A stretch of DNA of 64,000 nucleotides, from contig OZ243956.1 in assembly GCA_965214405.1 (NCBI GenBank), positions 928,001-992,000 of the forward strand. The letters run 5' to 3'. Below, in pieces: positions 37,148 to 48,089 of this stretch (its first letter is position 1; each line of letters starts with the position of its first letter). Under the pieces are notes generated by a model. That model did no database searches. It was not told the DNA's origin and worked only from the letters and a program-made list of their open reading frames with translations. The DNA comes from Trueperaceae bacterium (GTDB taxonomy: Bacteria; Deinococcota; Deinococci; Deinococcales; Trueperaceae). A program made the translations under genes and the position numbers.

Positions 37148-39256
37148 ATGACACAACTCACAAGTGCTTTAGAAGAATCCCGGCTGTCCATCCCCGACAA
37201 GCTACCGAGTTTCGTCATAGGCGGGTGGCAGGAGGGCGCGGGCGACGGCGCGCCCATTCTCGACGCTGTTTACGGCGAACCCGTCACGCGCCTCACCGCC
37301 GAAGGGTTCGACCTCGCGGGCGCGCTTTCCTACGCCCGCGAGGTGGGCGGACCGAACCTCCGTAAAAGGACCTTTCACGAACGCGCGGCGATGCTCAAAG
37401 ACATCGCCAAACACCTCATGGCGGTTAAAGAACGCTTTTACGAGATCTCCTTTCTCACCGGCACGACGCGGCGCGACGGGTGGGTGGACATCGAGGGGGG
37501 CGTCGGCACGCTGTTCGCGTACTCGAGCCTCGTCCGCCGCGAGTTTCCCAACGAGACCTTTTTGACCGAAGGTGAGCCTATTCCACTTTCCAAAGACGGC
37601 TCGTTCGTTGGGAGGCACCTGCTCACGCCCAAAGAGGGCGTCGCGGTCCATATCAACGCCTTTAACTTTCCCTGCTGGGGCATGTTGGAAAAACTCGCGC
37701 CCACGCTCCTGGCCGGGATGCCCGCGGTAATTAAGCCCGCGCCGCAGACGGCTTATCTAGCCGAAGCAATGTTCCGGGAGATGCTGAACACGGGGCTTTT
37801 GCCCGAGGGCGCGGTGCAGCTCGTCGCGGGGGACGCGGTGGACTTCTTCCCGCACCTTGTGGAGCAGGACGTGGTGACCTTTACAGGCTCCGCCAGCACG
37901 GGCAAACGCTTGAGGGCGCACCCGAACGTGATTGACAAGGCGGTGCCGTTTACGCTCGAGGCCGACTCACTCAACGCCTGCATCCTTGGCGAGAGCGTCG
38001 AGCCGGAGGACGAGGAGTTCACCCTCTTCATCAAGGAAGTCGCCCGAGAAATGACGTCCAAGGCGGGCCAAAAATGCACCGCGATTCGCCGCGCCATCGT
38101 GCCGCGAGGCAAAGTGGAGGCGGTGGTGGAGGCGCTGAGCAAGCGGCTCGGCGGGGTCACGCTGGGCGACCCCGCGCGCGACGACGTGCGGATGGGGCCG
38201 CTGGTGAGCATGGAGCAGCGTGAGGAGGTCGGCTCGAGCGTCGAAGCTTTGAAGCACTCGTGCAAGGTGGTGTACGACGGGGCGGGGCTCGAGCTTTTGG
38301 GCGGCAGCGCGGAAAAGGGCGGCTTCTACGCCCCGACGCTTCTCTACTGCGAGGAGCCTTTCAACGCCTCGGAACCCCACGAAGTCGAAGCCTTTGGTCC
38401 GGTCTGTACGGTTTTGCCGTATGAGGGGCTCGAGGAAGCTGCTCAACTCGCCAAACGCGGGCGCGGCTCGCTGGTGGCGTCCATCGTCACGCGCGACCCT
38501 GTGGAGGCGCGGCGGCTCGTCTTGGGCGCGGCCTCGCACCACGGGCGGATGCTCATCTTGAACCGCGACGACGCGGGAGCGTCCACGGGGCACGGCTCAC
38601 CCTTGCCGACGCTCCTCCACGGCGGGCCGGGCCGGGCGGGCGGCGGCGAGGAACTGGGCGGGGCGAGGGCCGTTAAGCACTACATGCAGCGCACCGCCGT
38701 CCAAGCCGACCCGACGACGCTCATGGCTGTTTCTAAAGAATACGTGGCGGGCGCAAGGACGACGCAGGACGCCGTGCATCCTTTCAGAAAAACCTTTGAG
38801 GACTTGACCATCGGCGAGAGTTACACCACTCACCGCCGCACCGTCACAGAAGCGGACATCGTGAATTTCGCCAACGTCAGCGGGGATTATTTCTATGCGC
38901 ATGTGGACGAAGTGGCGGCTAAAGACTCGCTCTTTGGCAAGCGCGTGGCGCACGGCTACTTCCTCGTGTCAATGGCGGCGGGACTTTTCGTGGACCCGCG
39001 GCCCGGACCTGTGCTGGCGAACTACGGCCTCGATAATCTTCGTTTTGTTCAGCCCGTCGGCATCGGTGACACGATTCAGGCCCACCTGACCGTCAAGCAA
39101 AAGATCAAAAAAGAGGCGCGTGAGGGCGAACGGGCGACGGGCGTGGTGGCCTGGGACGTGAGGCTGACCAATCAGCACGATGAGGCGGTGGCGCTCTACA
39201 CCATCCTCACCCTCGTCGCGCGTGAAGAAGACGGAGGAGGGCGTGCGGATTCCTGA
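37148..39256 (+). CDS. paaZ: Bifunctional oxepin-CoA hydrolase / aldehyde dehydrogenase
   Basis: [41 protein letters not shown]-terminal MaoC domain. Confidence 0.93.
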   Translation: MTQLTSALEESRLSIPDKLPSFVIGGWQEGAGDGAPILDAVYGEPVTRLTAEGFDLAGALSYAREVGGPNLRKRTFHERAAMLKDIAKHLMAVKERFYEISFLTGTTRRDGWVDIEGGVGTLFAYSSLVRREFPNETFLTEGEPIPLSKDGSFVGRHLLTPKEGVAVHINAFNFPCWGMLEKLAPTLLAGMPAVIKPAPQTAYLAEAMFREMLNTGLLPEGAVQLVAGDAVDFFPHLVEQDVVTFTGSASTGKRLRAHPNVIDKAVPFTLEADSLNACILGESVEPEDEEFTLFIKEVAREMTSKAGQKCTAIRRAIVPRGKVEAVVEALSKRLGGVTLGDPARDDVRMGPLVSMEQREEVGSSVEALKHSCKVVYDGAGLELLGGSAEKGGFYAPTLLYCEEPFNASEPHEVEAFGPVCTVLPYEGLEEAAQLAKRGRGSLVASIVTRDPVEARRLVLGAASHHGRMLILNRDDAGASTGHGSPLPTLLHGGPGRAGGGEELGGARAVKHYMQRTAVQADPTTLMAVSKEYVAGARTTQDAVHPFRKTFEDLTIGESYTTHRRTVTEADIVNFANVSGDYFYAHVDEVAAKDSLFGKRVAHGYFLVSMAAGLFVDPRPGPVLANYGLDNLRFVQPVGIGDTIQAHLTVKQKIKKEAREGERATGVVAWDVRLTNQHDEAVALYTILTLVAREEDGGGRADS

Positions 39257-39279
39257 AATTTGGGGAGCGCGTGAGGGAC

Positions 39280-39708
39280 ATGGGTAGAGCAAGAGCGCAG
39301 TGTTTGTTAATTTGTGGCTTGAAAATCCTCATGGTCAACCAAGCGCATAATGGTCGAAATTACTGGTGCTTGCCCGGTGGCGGGATAGAAGAGGATGAAA
39401 CGCCCCAGAGAGCAGCGTTACGCGAACTCAAAGAAGAATGCGGCCTCGAGGCCCTGGCGCTTCGTCAGGTCAGCACGATTTATTACGCTGAGAATGACGC
39501 ACATCACACCTTTTTGGTGACGGAGTACAAGGGTGTAGTGAGAACCGGTCATGACCCCGAGCTGCTGGACCGCCAAATTATCCAGTCTGTCGCCTGGAAG
39601 CACGTTGACGAACTCTCGAGGCTTGACTTCGCTCTGGTCGCAGCAGGCGGCCTGACAACCAGCCGAGAAATGTTTCGTTACCTCGGCAACATGCACGGGG
39701 CGCTGTAA
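39280..39708 (+). CDS. NUDIX hydrolase
   Basis: PGGGIEEDETPQRAALRELKEECGL Nudix box. Confidence 0.88.
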   Translation: MGRARAQCLLICGLKILMVNQAHNGRNYWCLPGGGIEEDETPQRAALRELKEECGLEALALRQVSTIYYAENDAHHTFLVTEYKGVVRTGHDPELLDRQIIQSVAWKHVDELSRLDFALVAAGGLTTSREMFRYLGNMHGAL

Positions 39709-39711
39709 GGG

Positions 39712-40899
39712 ATGCCGCGCTCGCTCTACCTGCACATTCCCTTTTGCCCCAAAATTTGCCCCTACTGCGACTTTCACAAGATGCGGCGCGACGAGGGACT
39801 GGTGGCGGCGTATCTGAGGAGGCTCGAGCAAGAAGCCCTCACCCTTTACGAAGAGTTTCCAGACACGCTCGATACGATTTATTTAGGCGGCGGCACCCCC
39901 TCGCACCTTAGCGATGAGGAACTAGAAAAGGTCGTCGGCATCTTCCAAAAAACCTGGGGCTGGCCCGCACGCTTAGAGACGACGCTCGAGGCCGACCCCC
40001 TAACCTTTGACGCGGCGCGGCTGCAAACGTTTCATGAGTTGAGCTTTAACCGCCTTTCCATCGGCCTTCAGTCCACGCAAGACGAGGTGTTGAAGTTTTT
40101 GGGCCGAAGGCATAGCGGCGCTGAGGGCTTACAGGCGGTTGAGATGGCTTTGGAAGCAGGTTTTGAGACCTCCGCCGACCTTATCACCGCCGTGAGTGGA
40201 CAGGACGCGGCGGAAGATTTGCACGCGCTGGCGCGGACGGGCGTCCCGCACGTGAGCGTTTACAACCTGACCATCGAGCCTTACACGCCTTTCGCCAGGC
40301 GCGGCGTCGTGGTGGACGCCGACAAGGAAGCGGACGATTACGCCTTAGCCGACGCCGTGCTTTCGGGGTACGGGCTGGAGCGTTATGAGGTCTCGAGCCA
40401 CGCCAAAACAGGCCACGAATCCAAGCACAATCAGGTCTACTGGCACGGTGACTATTTTCTGGCGTTGGGACCCTCGGCGGCGGGTTTTGTGCCGGTTCAA
40501 TCCCCCCCGGCCCATAAACACCGTTCTCACTTCGTTCGGACCCTTACGAAGGGGGGAGAAAGTCTTAAGATTGGCGAGCGTCGCACGAACGGGCCTATTA
40601 AAGGCTGGCTCGAGCACACCCCACCCAACATTGTGCCCGTAGATGCGCAAGATTACGTTTTGGACGTGCTGATGACGGGATTAAGGACGAAACATGGGGT
40701 TGATTTGAAAAGATTGAAAGCGCGTTCAGGAGTGGACGTGAGGAGCGGTTATCGGGAGGTGCTCGAGCGTTTTATCAAAGAGGGATGGCTCGAGCTTACC
40801 GGAACCCGGTTGCGAGCCACGGAGGCGGGGCTATTAAGACTCAACCCCATCCTCCGCGCCTTTTTCGAGGCCGCGCCGCCCGTTACGGCCACACCATAA
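39712..40899 (+). CDS. hemW: Radical SAM heme chaperone HemW
   Basis: LYLHIPFCPKICPYCDF, GGGTPS, YEVSS, HNQVYW. Confidence 0.9.
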   Translation: MPRSLYLHIPFCPKICPYCDFHKMRRDEGLVAAYLRRLEQEALTLYEEFPDTLDTIYLGGGTPSHLSDEELEKVVGIFQKTWGWPARLETTLEADPLTFDAARLQTFHELSFNRLSIGLQSTQDEVLKFLGRRHSGAEGLQAVEMALEAGFETSADLITAVSGQDAAEDLHALARTGVPHVSVYNLTIEPYTPFARRGVVVDADKEADDYALADAVLSGYGLERYEVSSHAKTGHESKHNQVYWHGDYFLALGPSAAGFVPVQSPPAHKHRSHFVRTLTKGGESLKIGERRTNGPIKGWLEHTPPNIVPVDAQDYVLDVLMTGLRTKHGVDLKRLKARSGVDVRSGYREVLERFIKEGWLELTGTRLRATEAGLLRLNPILRAFFEAAPPVTATP

Positions 40900-40902
40900 A
40901 GC

Positions 40903-43900
40903 TCAAGCGGCACCCGCCGCCACCAACTCGCGCGCCTCCTCCCGCACCGTCTCCTCGACCATCTGCCACAAGAGGCGCGCTAAAACCTCGCCGCTCGCTA
41001 GGCTCAAAGAATTTTGGTCCCGAATTTCTTTCAGGGTGTTGTCATAGCGTTGCAGTAGCCGCGGGCGGGCCTCCAAAAACGCCTCCGGGGTCCTTTCGCC
41101 GCCCTCGCGCAGCGCCTCGTAGTAGCGGGTGGTGAGCCGCCGCTGCGCCTGCCGGAGGTCGGTGACGAGGCCGCCCAAGGCGATTTTTTCCCATTTGCTC
41201 TCGCTCGGTAAGGCCGCCACCTCGTCGCGCAGCCAGCCCAGACGGAGGCGGTCGCCGAGGGCGTAGAAGCGTCGGGCCGCCGCCTCGAGCGCCACAGACG
41301 CCTCCTTGCTCACGTCAATCACGCCCACGCCGCTCGGCAGGTAGTCGAGCGAAACGATGTCGGCGGCCAGTTCGGGCGGGATGCCCTGCGCCGCCACCTC
41401 CTGCGCCTGCGCCTCGAAATGCTCGCGTTCGCGCGGCGGCAACAGTTCGGGCAGCCCCGCCCGCAGCGTGGACAAGGGCTCGCGGTAGGCGGAAACAAAA
41501 TCGGCGACGGGCTCCGCCGAGAGGTCAGACAACAGAATCCAGTGGACGATGCCCTCCACCGACGCGATGAGCCGTTCCAGCGCCCCGTACTGCGCCTCGG
41601 CGGGCACAGTGTTGTCGAGCGCGAACACGCGCGCGATGAAGGGGTCCACCTCGAGCAGTTCCAGCGCCACCAGCGCCGCGCGGATCACCTCGACGGGGCT
41701 CGCGCCGGTGTCGCGGATGCTGCGGTGGACGAAGGTGATGCCCAAAAGGTCCACGACCTTATTGGTGAACTGCGTGGCGATGATTTCGCGCCGCAGCGGG
41801 TGCTCGTCGCGGATGGTCTCGGGGAAGCGTTCTTGCAGGGGTTCGGGGAAGTAGTCGAACAAGTAGCGCGCGAAGTGGCTCTCGTCGGGAAAGTTGGTTT
41901 CCAGAAGCCTGCGGTAGATGCCCATTTTGGTGTAGGCCAGCAAAATCGCCAGTTCGGGCCGCGTGAGCCCTTCTCCGGCTCGAGCGCGCTCATCATAGGT
42001 TTTGGGGCTCGGCAAAAACTCCACCGCGGGCTTGAGCGGTCCGCGCTCGGCTAAGTAATCTTGCAGCGACTCGAACAGCCCCAACTCGCTCTCGCTCCGC
42101 GCCTGCGCGAGGGACAAGCACAACGACTGCATATAGTTGTCTTTGAGAACAAGCGCGCTCACCTCGTCGGTCATCTCTTTTAACAGTTCGTTGCGCTCCT
42201 CGAACGAGAGCGCGCCGGAGGTGTAGAGCGGGCGCAAGAGGATTTTGATGTTGACCTCGTGGTCGCTCATGTCCACGCCGCCCGAGTTGTCGATGGCGTC
42301 GGTGTTGATGCGCCCACCCGCAAGCGCGTACTCGACGCGGGCGAGCTGGGTAAAGCCTAAGTTGCCCCCCTCACCCACCACCTTGGCGCGCAGTTCGTCC
42401 GCGTCCACGCGCACCGCGTCGTTGGTGGAGTCGCCCACCTCGGCGTGGCGCTCGGCGGAGCTTTTCACATAGGTGCCGATGCCGCCGTTCCAGAAGAGGT
42501 CGGCGGGCATCCTAAGAATGGCCTTGATGAGGTCTTGGCCCGAAAGCGCCTCCGCCTCTACCTCCAGCATCTCCCGGACGCTCTCGGACAGCGGGATGGA
42601 CTTAGCGAAGCGTGAGTAGACGCCGCCGCCTTTGCTGATAAGGCTCTTGTCGTAGTCTTCCCAGCTCGAGCGCGGCAGCGCGAAAAGCCTCTTGCGTTCC
42701 GCGTAGCTTTCCACCGGGTCGGGGTCGGGGTCCAGAAAGATGTGCTGGTGGTTGAAAGCCGCTTGCAGGCGCATCGTCTCGGTGTGGAGCATCCCGTTGC
42801 CGAACACGTCGCCCGACATGTCGCCGATGCCGTAAGCGGTGAAGGTCTCCTTGTGAACGTCCACGCCCAGTTCGCGGAAGTGGCGCTCCACGCAGACCCA
42901 CGCCCCGCGCGCGGTGATGCCCTCCGCCTTGTGGTCGTAGCCGTGCGAGCCGCCCGAAGCGAAAGCGTCGTCGAGCCAGAAGTCGTACTCGGCGGCGGTC
43001 TCGTTGGCTAAGTCTGAAAAGGTCGCGGTGCCCTTGTCGGCGGCCACCACCAGATAGGGGTCGGGGCCGTCGTAGATGACTAAGCCCTCGGGGTGGACCG
43101 TCTCACCTTCAACGATGTTGTCAGTCAGGTCCAAAAGCCCGCGGATAAAGGTCTGGTACTGCGCGCGTACAAAGCCACGCAAGGCCTCCCTATCGGCGGG
43201 CGGGTTTTTGAGGACGAAGCCGCCCTTCGAGCCCACGGGCACGATGACCGCGTTTTTGGTCATCTGCGTTTTCATGAGGCCCAAGACCTCGGTGCGAAAG
43301 TCGTCGGGACGGTCCGACCAGCGGATGCCGCCGCGCGCCACCTTGCCGCCGCGCAGGTGGATGCCCTCAACATGGGGGCTCGCCACGCCAATTTCAAAGA
43401 ACGGGCGCGGCTCGGGCATATTACTGACCTCGCCCGAGTCTATCTTGAACGAGATATAAGGCTTGTCAAGAAAGTAGTTTGTCCGCACCGTCGCCGCGAT
43501 GAGGTTGAAAAGCCCCCGCAACGCGCGGTCTTCGGGTAAAGAAGCCACGGTACTCAGGCTGTCCGAAAACTCGTCCTCGAGCCCCTCCAACACCTCCAAC
43601 CGTTCCTCTTGTGCCGGACTGAATTTAGCCTCAAAAAAGCGGACGAGCAGCCCCGCGATGGCCGGGTGCGCGAGCAGCGTGTCGTTGATAAAACGGCGGC
43701 TGGTGACCGCGTCGAGCTGCGAGAAGTGCATTTGGTAAGCGCGCAAAAAGGCCGTCTGCCTTAAGGTAAGGCCGCCGTAAAGGACCAAGCGGTTCAAACG
43801 GTCGTTCTCGGCCTCGCCCGCTAAAAGCGCCCGCAGCGCCTCCTCGAGCCGCGCCCCGTTCTTTTCAACGTCAACGGGCTCACCCGCGTCCGTCTGGACC

Positions 43901-45723
43901 CGGAAGATGTCGATGCCCCTTTCTCCTTCGGGAAACCCTGCGACGTGGGAGATTTGCTCGAGCACCCTAAAGCCCAAGTTCTCTAAGATCGGCAGCACGT
44001 CGGTGAGGACCAGAGAACGCTGATGGTGATAGATATTTAAGTGCGTGGCCTTTTGGTCGTCGCTCGGGTTGACGATGTCCACCCGGTAGGGAGCCTCCCC
44101 AAGCGCCTCTAAGTTTTTGATATCGCGCAAAGCCGTCTGGGGACTCGTGTCCGCCTTGTAACGCTCGTCGAGCGCGCGCCCGTAACGCTCAGTCAGCGCG
44201 TCTCCCGCCTCGCCTTGTGAGGTGCGCAGCGCGTCGCGCAGGTGGTCTTCCCAGGTGCGGGTGAGGTCGGTGACTTTGCGCTCCAACACTTTTAAGTCCA
44301 GATTGCGGTAGTCAAGCTCGGTGGTAAAGAAGAAGTGAAAGCGCACGCTCTCCTCGTCCTCGCCCATCGCAAGCTGATAGTCCACGTGCGAGGCGGAAAG
44401 CTCGTCGGTTAAGAACTTTTGGATGCTGCGCCGCACCTCCGAGTTAAAGCGGTCGCGCGGCATGATGACCATGACCGCGAGGCCGCGCGCGAGCGGGTCG
44501 GGCCGCACGGTGAGGCGCACCCGGCGCTCTTGCGCCTCGCCCATGACGGTGCGGATGTCCTCAAAAAGACGCCCTGAGTCCGCCCAAAAAAGTTCCTCGC
44601 GCGGGATGGAATTAAAAATCGACACGATTTGCTTGAAGTCGTGCGAGCCGGGCGGGGAGCCGTCGCGCTCCAAGACCTGCCGCAGCTTGCGCCGCAAGAT
44701 GGGGATTTCTTCGACGGGGGTTGACAGCGCCTTGGAGGTGAACAGCCCCACAAAGCGCCCCTCGCCCCGCACCTCCCAGTCCTCACCCATCTTTTTAATG
44801 CCGATATAGTCCATCCGCGCGGGGCGGTGGACGGTGGACTCGGCGTTGGTTTTGGTCACGGTCAGGACGCGCCCGCCCAGCACGCGCTCGCGCAGGCTCT
44901 CGGGGATGTCGGACAGGGCCACCGGCTCGTGGTAGGCGCTGCGCTCGAGCTTGCTCAAAATCCCTAAACCAGACTCCGGCGTGATTTGCAAATACGGATT
45001 TCCGTCATTCTTATGAACAATGTCGTAGCCCCGGTAGCCCAAGAACACGTAGTTGTCCGCGTCCAGCCAGTTCATAAAGGCGGCGTACTCCTCAAGCTCT
45101 TCCGCCCGCTCCTCTTTGCCCTCTCCCACGCTCCGCTCGCGCAAACCGTCCAGATAGTCATGCAGGTCGTGCGCTTTATGACGCATCTTTTTGTAGTCGC
45201 CCGTCGCCAGAAGGACGTCTTGCAACACCCCGCGCACGGACTCCTCCAATGCCTGCCGCTCCTCGGCGTCGTTGATGCGCCCGATCAGGTAAAGCTCGTA
45301 CGCTTCAAGGGCACCCTCGCCGCCTTTTTGCGCCACCCCTGTAACGCGCCCCGCCGCGTCGCGTTTGGCGCTCAGGATGGGGTGGATAAAGTGGTAGAGC
45401 TTGTGGTCCCGGCGGCGCAGCTCGGCACGCACCGAGTCCACGATAAAGGGGCGGTCTTCGAGGGTGAGCTCGAGCGCCGTGTAGGGGCTTTTCCAGCCGT
45501 TCTCCTCTAAGGTCGGGTTGTAAACCCGAACGCGCACCTCCCCAGGTTCTATAAAGCGAAGCGCCCCGACCGCCGCCGCCATAAGCGTTTCGGGCTCGAA
45601 CTCGCTCAAAAACTCCCGGCTCGCCTTGTTAAAGATGAGCTCCGCGAACTCTTTCAGGAGCCCCTTCTCGGCCCCGTCCGTCACGTCTATTCGTCTTTGC
45701 AACTGCTTCAAAGTTACTGACAT
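40903..45723 (-). CDS. Large NAD-specific glutamate dehydrogenase
   Basis: GIHLRGGKVARGGIRWSDR, VVAADKGTATFSD, GIGDMSGDVFGNG, GEGGNLG; ~1600 aa; start at MSVTLK after GGAG. Confidence 0.95.
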   Translation of the reverse strand: MSVTLKQLQRRIDVTDGAEKGLLKEFAELIFNKASREFLSEFEPETLMAAAVGALRFIEPGEVRVRVYNPTLEENGWKSPYTALELTLEDRPFIVDSVRAELRRRDHKLYHFIHPILSAKRDAAGRVTGVAQKGGEGALEAYELYLIGRINDAEERQALEESVRGVLQDVLLATGDYKKMRHKAHDLHDYLDGLRERSVGEGKEERAEELEEYAAFMNWLDADNYVFLGYRGYDIVHKNDGNPYLQITPESGLGILSKLERSAYHEPVALSDIPESLRERVLGGRVLTVTKTNAESTVHRPARMDYIGIKKMGEDWEVRGEGRFVGLFTSKALSTPVEEIPILRRKLRQVLERDGSPPGSHDFKQIVSIFNSIPREELFWADSGRLFEDIRTVMGEAQERRVRLTVRPDPLARGLAVMVIMPRDRFNSEVRRSIQKFLTDELSASHVDYQLAMGEDEESVRFHFFFTTELDYRNLDLKVLERKVTDLTRTWEDHLRDALRTSQGEAGDALTERYGRALDERYKADTSPQTALRDIKNLEALGEAPYRVDIVNPSDDQKATHLNIYHHQRSLVLTDVLPILENLGFRVLEQISHVAGFPEGERGIDIFRVQTDAGEPVDVEKNGARLEEALRALLAGEAENDRLNRLVLYGGLTLRQTAFLRAYQMHFSQLDAVTSRRFINDTLLAHPAIAGLLVRFFEAKFSPAQEERLEVLEGLEDEFSDSLSTVASLPEDRALRGLFNLIAATVRTNYFLDKPYISFKIDSGEVSNMPEPRPFFEIGVASPHVEGIHLRGGKVARGGIRWSDRPDDFRTEVLGLMKTQMTKNAVIVPVGSKGGFVLKNPPADREALRGFVRAQYQTFIRGLLDLTDNIVEGETVHPEGLVIYDGPDPYLVVAADKGTATFSDLANETAAEYDFWLDDAFASGGSHGYDHKAEGITARGAWVCVERHFRELGVDVHKETFTAYGIGDMSGDVFGNGMLHTETMRLQAAFNHQHIFLDPDPDPVESYAERKRLFALPRSSWEDYDKSLISKGGGVYSRFAKSIPLSESVREMLEVEAEALSGQDLIKAILRMPADLFWNGGIGTYVKSSAERHAEVGDSTNDAVRVDADELRAKVVGEGGNLGFTQLARVEYALAGGRINTDAIDNSGGVDMSDHEVNIKILLRPLYTSGALSFEERNELLKEMTDEVSALVLKDNYMQSLCLSLAQARSESELGLFESLQDYLAERGPLKPAVEFLPSPKTYDERARAGEGLTRPELAILLAYTKMGIYRRLLETNFPDESHFARYLFDYFPEPLQERFPETIRDEHPLRREIIATQFTNKVVDLLGITFVHRSIRDTGASPVEVIRAALVALELLEVDPFIARVFALDNTVPAEAQYGALERLIASVEGIVHWILLSDLSAEPVADFVSAYREPLSTLRAGLPELLPPREREHFEAQAQEVAAQGIPPELAADIVSLDYLPSGVGVIDVSKEASVALEAAARRFYALGDRLRLGWLRDEVAALPSESKWEKIALGGLVTDLRQAQRRLTTRYYEALREGGERTPEAFLEARPRLLQRYDNTLKEIRDQNSLSLASGEVLARLLWQMVEETVREEARELVAAGAA

Positions 45724-46005
45724 CGCTCCCCTTCTCCAACACTCTGGCCTGCTCCCCGCTGCCCTGTGAAATTTACACTGTGGGAAGCAAACTCCAAAAT
45801 AAGCTCTATGCGTGAGAGTATACATAAAAGCGATGAGCTTTTCTGTGGGATGTGGCGATTTTTACAACACAGGCATGGTCGAAGCGCGTTTCACTCCAAG
45901 GGTGTTGATGCGAAAAGCGCCTTAGAGGCTTGAACTTACCTGCTGTCTATCAAGTGAAGTCCCCCGTAGGGGACGGCAGAATCAGAAAGCTCAAAAAATG
46001 TAACA

Positions 46006-46626
46006 ATGTTCTTCATGAATGATCCCTATGATCGAAACGAAATTCGCCCTGACCGCATCAACATCATTAAGCAGGATGGTCAAAGAGTGGAAAATATCCG
46101 CGCAGGGGTCCAAGGCAACGTTATTGATGTGGGCGATGTGCAACCGCGCATTCAAGATGGCGATACTATAGAGAGGGTGTTTCCAGATGGCTTTATCGAA
46201 GAGTACCTCGTTCTCGACAGCGGGTATAAAAGCCCAATAAGAGGACATTTGCCAGGTCGGTATAAAGCTAGAGTAGAAAAGAAAACGTCAATCAAAAGTA
46301 AATCGGAAGCAAGGGTTGTATACAATCTTGGGGACGTCATGATTAGCGGCCCTAACGCCCGCTTTAATCTAAACTCACAAGATACGTCGGCCAACATCAT
46401 CAATCTCAGCCCCAACGAGCTTTTTCAGCGGCTAAATGACATGATAGCAAGCGAGGTTGAGGATAGCGAAAAACGTTCAAAACTTCAAAGCCACGTTGCA
46501 GAAATGAGGGAAGCGCAGGGTACTCCGAACTTCAAGGAGAGATACAAGGCGTTCATCGCTGTTGCAGCCGACCACCTGTCGCTACTTTCACCTTTTATTC
46601 CAGCATTGACTCAGCTCATTCAATAG
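46006..46626 (+). CDS. Hypothetical protein, lower GC than flanks
   Basis: 206-aa ORF with AT-richer codons filling the gap between gdh and lspA. Confidence 0.75.
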   Translation: MFFMNDPYDRNEIRPDRINIIKQDGQRVENIRAGVQGNVIDVGDVQPRIQDGDTIERVFPDGFIEEYLVLDSGYKSPIRGHLPGRYKARVEKKTSIKSKSEARVVYNLGDVMISGPNARFNLNSQDTSANIINLSPNELFQRLNDMIASEVEDSEKRSKLQSHVAEMREAQGTPNFKERYKAFIAVAADHLSLLSPFIPALTQLIQ

Positions 46627-46704
46627 ACGTAGGCAGAAACGGAAACGTGGCGCACGTGACGTCGCGTATCCCCTCTAAAAGAAATTTGCACGTATACTGA
46701 GCGC

Positions 46705-47259
46705 ATGTATTTATTCGTTGCTGCGCTGCTCGTGGTGGCCGACCAACTGAGCAAGCTTTGGATAGTCAACACTTATCCTCTTAATGGTCCAGGACAATAT
46801 CTTGGGCTGGGCTTTTACTTTACGTACGTGAGAAACACGGGTGCCGCCTTTGGCATCTTCCAAAACAACACGCTCGTGCTGGGCATACTTTCTGCAATTG
46901 TGTCCGTCTTGCTCGCGGTTTACTTATGGCGGCGCGCACGCACGACGCCGCCGCTCCAGAACTGGGCCTTGACGCTTATTTTGGCGGGGGCCTTTGGCAA
47001 CATGATTGACCGCTTCTGGTTGGGCTACGTGCGCGACTTTATTCACTTTCAGATTCCGTCGTTTAACTTCGCAGTTTTTAACATTGCCGACTCTTGTGTG
47101 GTCACCGGCGCGGGTTTGCTGCTGCTCTCGAGCTTTTTTATACGAGAACGCCCCGCCCCCCGCCCGCTGGAAACGCCCGCGCCAGAATCAACCGTTGAGA
47201 CGTATCCCCGCTCGGACTTAGACGCCACGCTCGAGACCGAAACGAACGGCCGACCCTAA
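46705..47259 (+). CDS. lspA: Lipoprotein signal peptidase II
   Basis: DQLSK, NTGAAFG, GAFGNMIDR, VRDFI, FNIADS. Confidence 0.95.
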   Translation: MYLFVAALLVVADQLSKLWIVNTYPLNGPGQYLGLGFYFTYVRNTGAAFGIFQNNTLVLGILSAIVSVLLAVYLWRRARTTPPLQNWALTLILAGAFGNMIDRFWLGYVRDFIHFQIPSFNFAVFNIADSCVVTGAGLLLLSSFFIRERPAPRPLETPAPESTVETYPRSDLDATLETETNGRP

Positions 47260-48089
47260 CGCGTCAGCCACAAAAAGCGCGCCCGACCAACCAGGTCACT
47301 CTCCAAACGCCGCTGCGCCCACCGCTCGCTAGAAGAGAACGCGGTGGGCGCGTTGCGTGGGTCTAGCTCGAGTATCATCGCAGAACCTTTTGATAAAAGG
47401 TCAAAGGCTTGAGTCTCGAGCCGCCGGAAATGCGCCAACCCATCCCGCCCCGAAAAGAGCGCACCAGGCGGGTCCGCCCGGACCTCCGGGCTCAGCTCGT
47501 CCCCCTCGGGCAGATACGGCGGGTTTGACACGAGCACATGGGCGCTCTCTGCGAATGTGCTTACATCGGGATGCTCGAGCAAATCAGCCTGTACAAAGCG
47601 AACACCCAGCCCCAAGCGCCGCGCGTTCTCCTGCGCCACGTCCAACGCTTCCGCCGAAACGTCCGTCGCCACGACCTCCGCGTCCGGGCGTTCCTGCTTG
47701 ATGGCGAGGGCCACCACGCCGCTACCCGTACCGACGTCGAGCACCTTGGGCTGGGGGATGTCGCGCAACGCTTCCAAAGAGAGTTCGACCAATCTTTCTG
47801 TTTCGGGGCGCGGGATGAGCACGGCGGGCGTCACCTTTAACTCTAAGCCGTAAAAAGGTGCTATCCCCAGAATGTGCTGCAAGGGCTCGCGGCGGGTGCG
47901 GCGCTCGAGCCGCCCCTCAAACGCCGCTTCTTCTTCGGGAGTAAGGACGCGGGAACCCCCCAAGAGAAGTTCGGTTCGCGAGAGGCCGAGAAGGTGTGAG
48001 AGGAGGACTCGAGCCTCGACCCCCGCGCTTTCGACGCCCGCCGCTGTTAGCCGACGCTCAGCGTTCCCCAACGCCTCAGCGAGGGTCAT
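47256..48089 (-). CDS. prmC: Release factor glutamine methyltransferase
   Basis: EPLQHILG, VLIPRPETE, DVGTGSG, SNPPY. Confidence 0.95.
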   Translation of the reverse strand: MTLAEALGNAERRLTAAGVESAGVEARVLLSHLLGLSRTELLLGGSRVLTPEEEAAFEGRLERRTRREPLQHILGIAPFYGLELKVTPAVLIPRPETERLVELSLEALRDIPQPKVLDVGTGSGVVALAIKQERPDAEVVATDVSAEALDVAQENARRLGLGVRFVQADLLEHPDVSTFAESAHVLVSNPPYLPEGDELSPEVRADPPGALFSGRDGLAHFRRLETQAFDLLSKGSAMILELDPRNAPTAFSSSERWAQRRLESDLVGRARFLWLTR

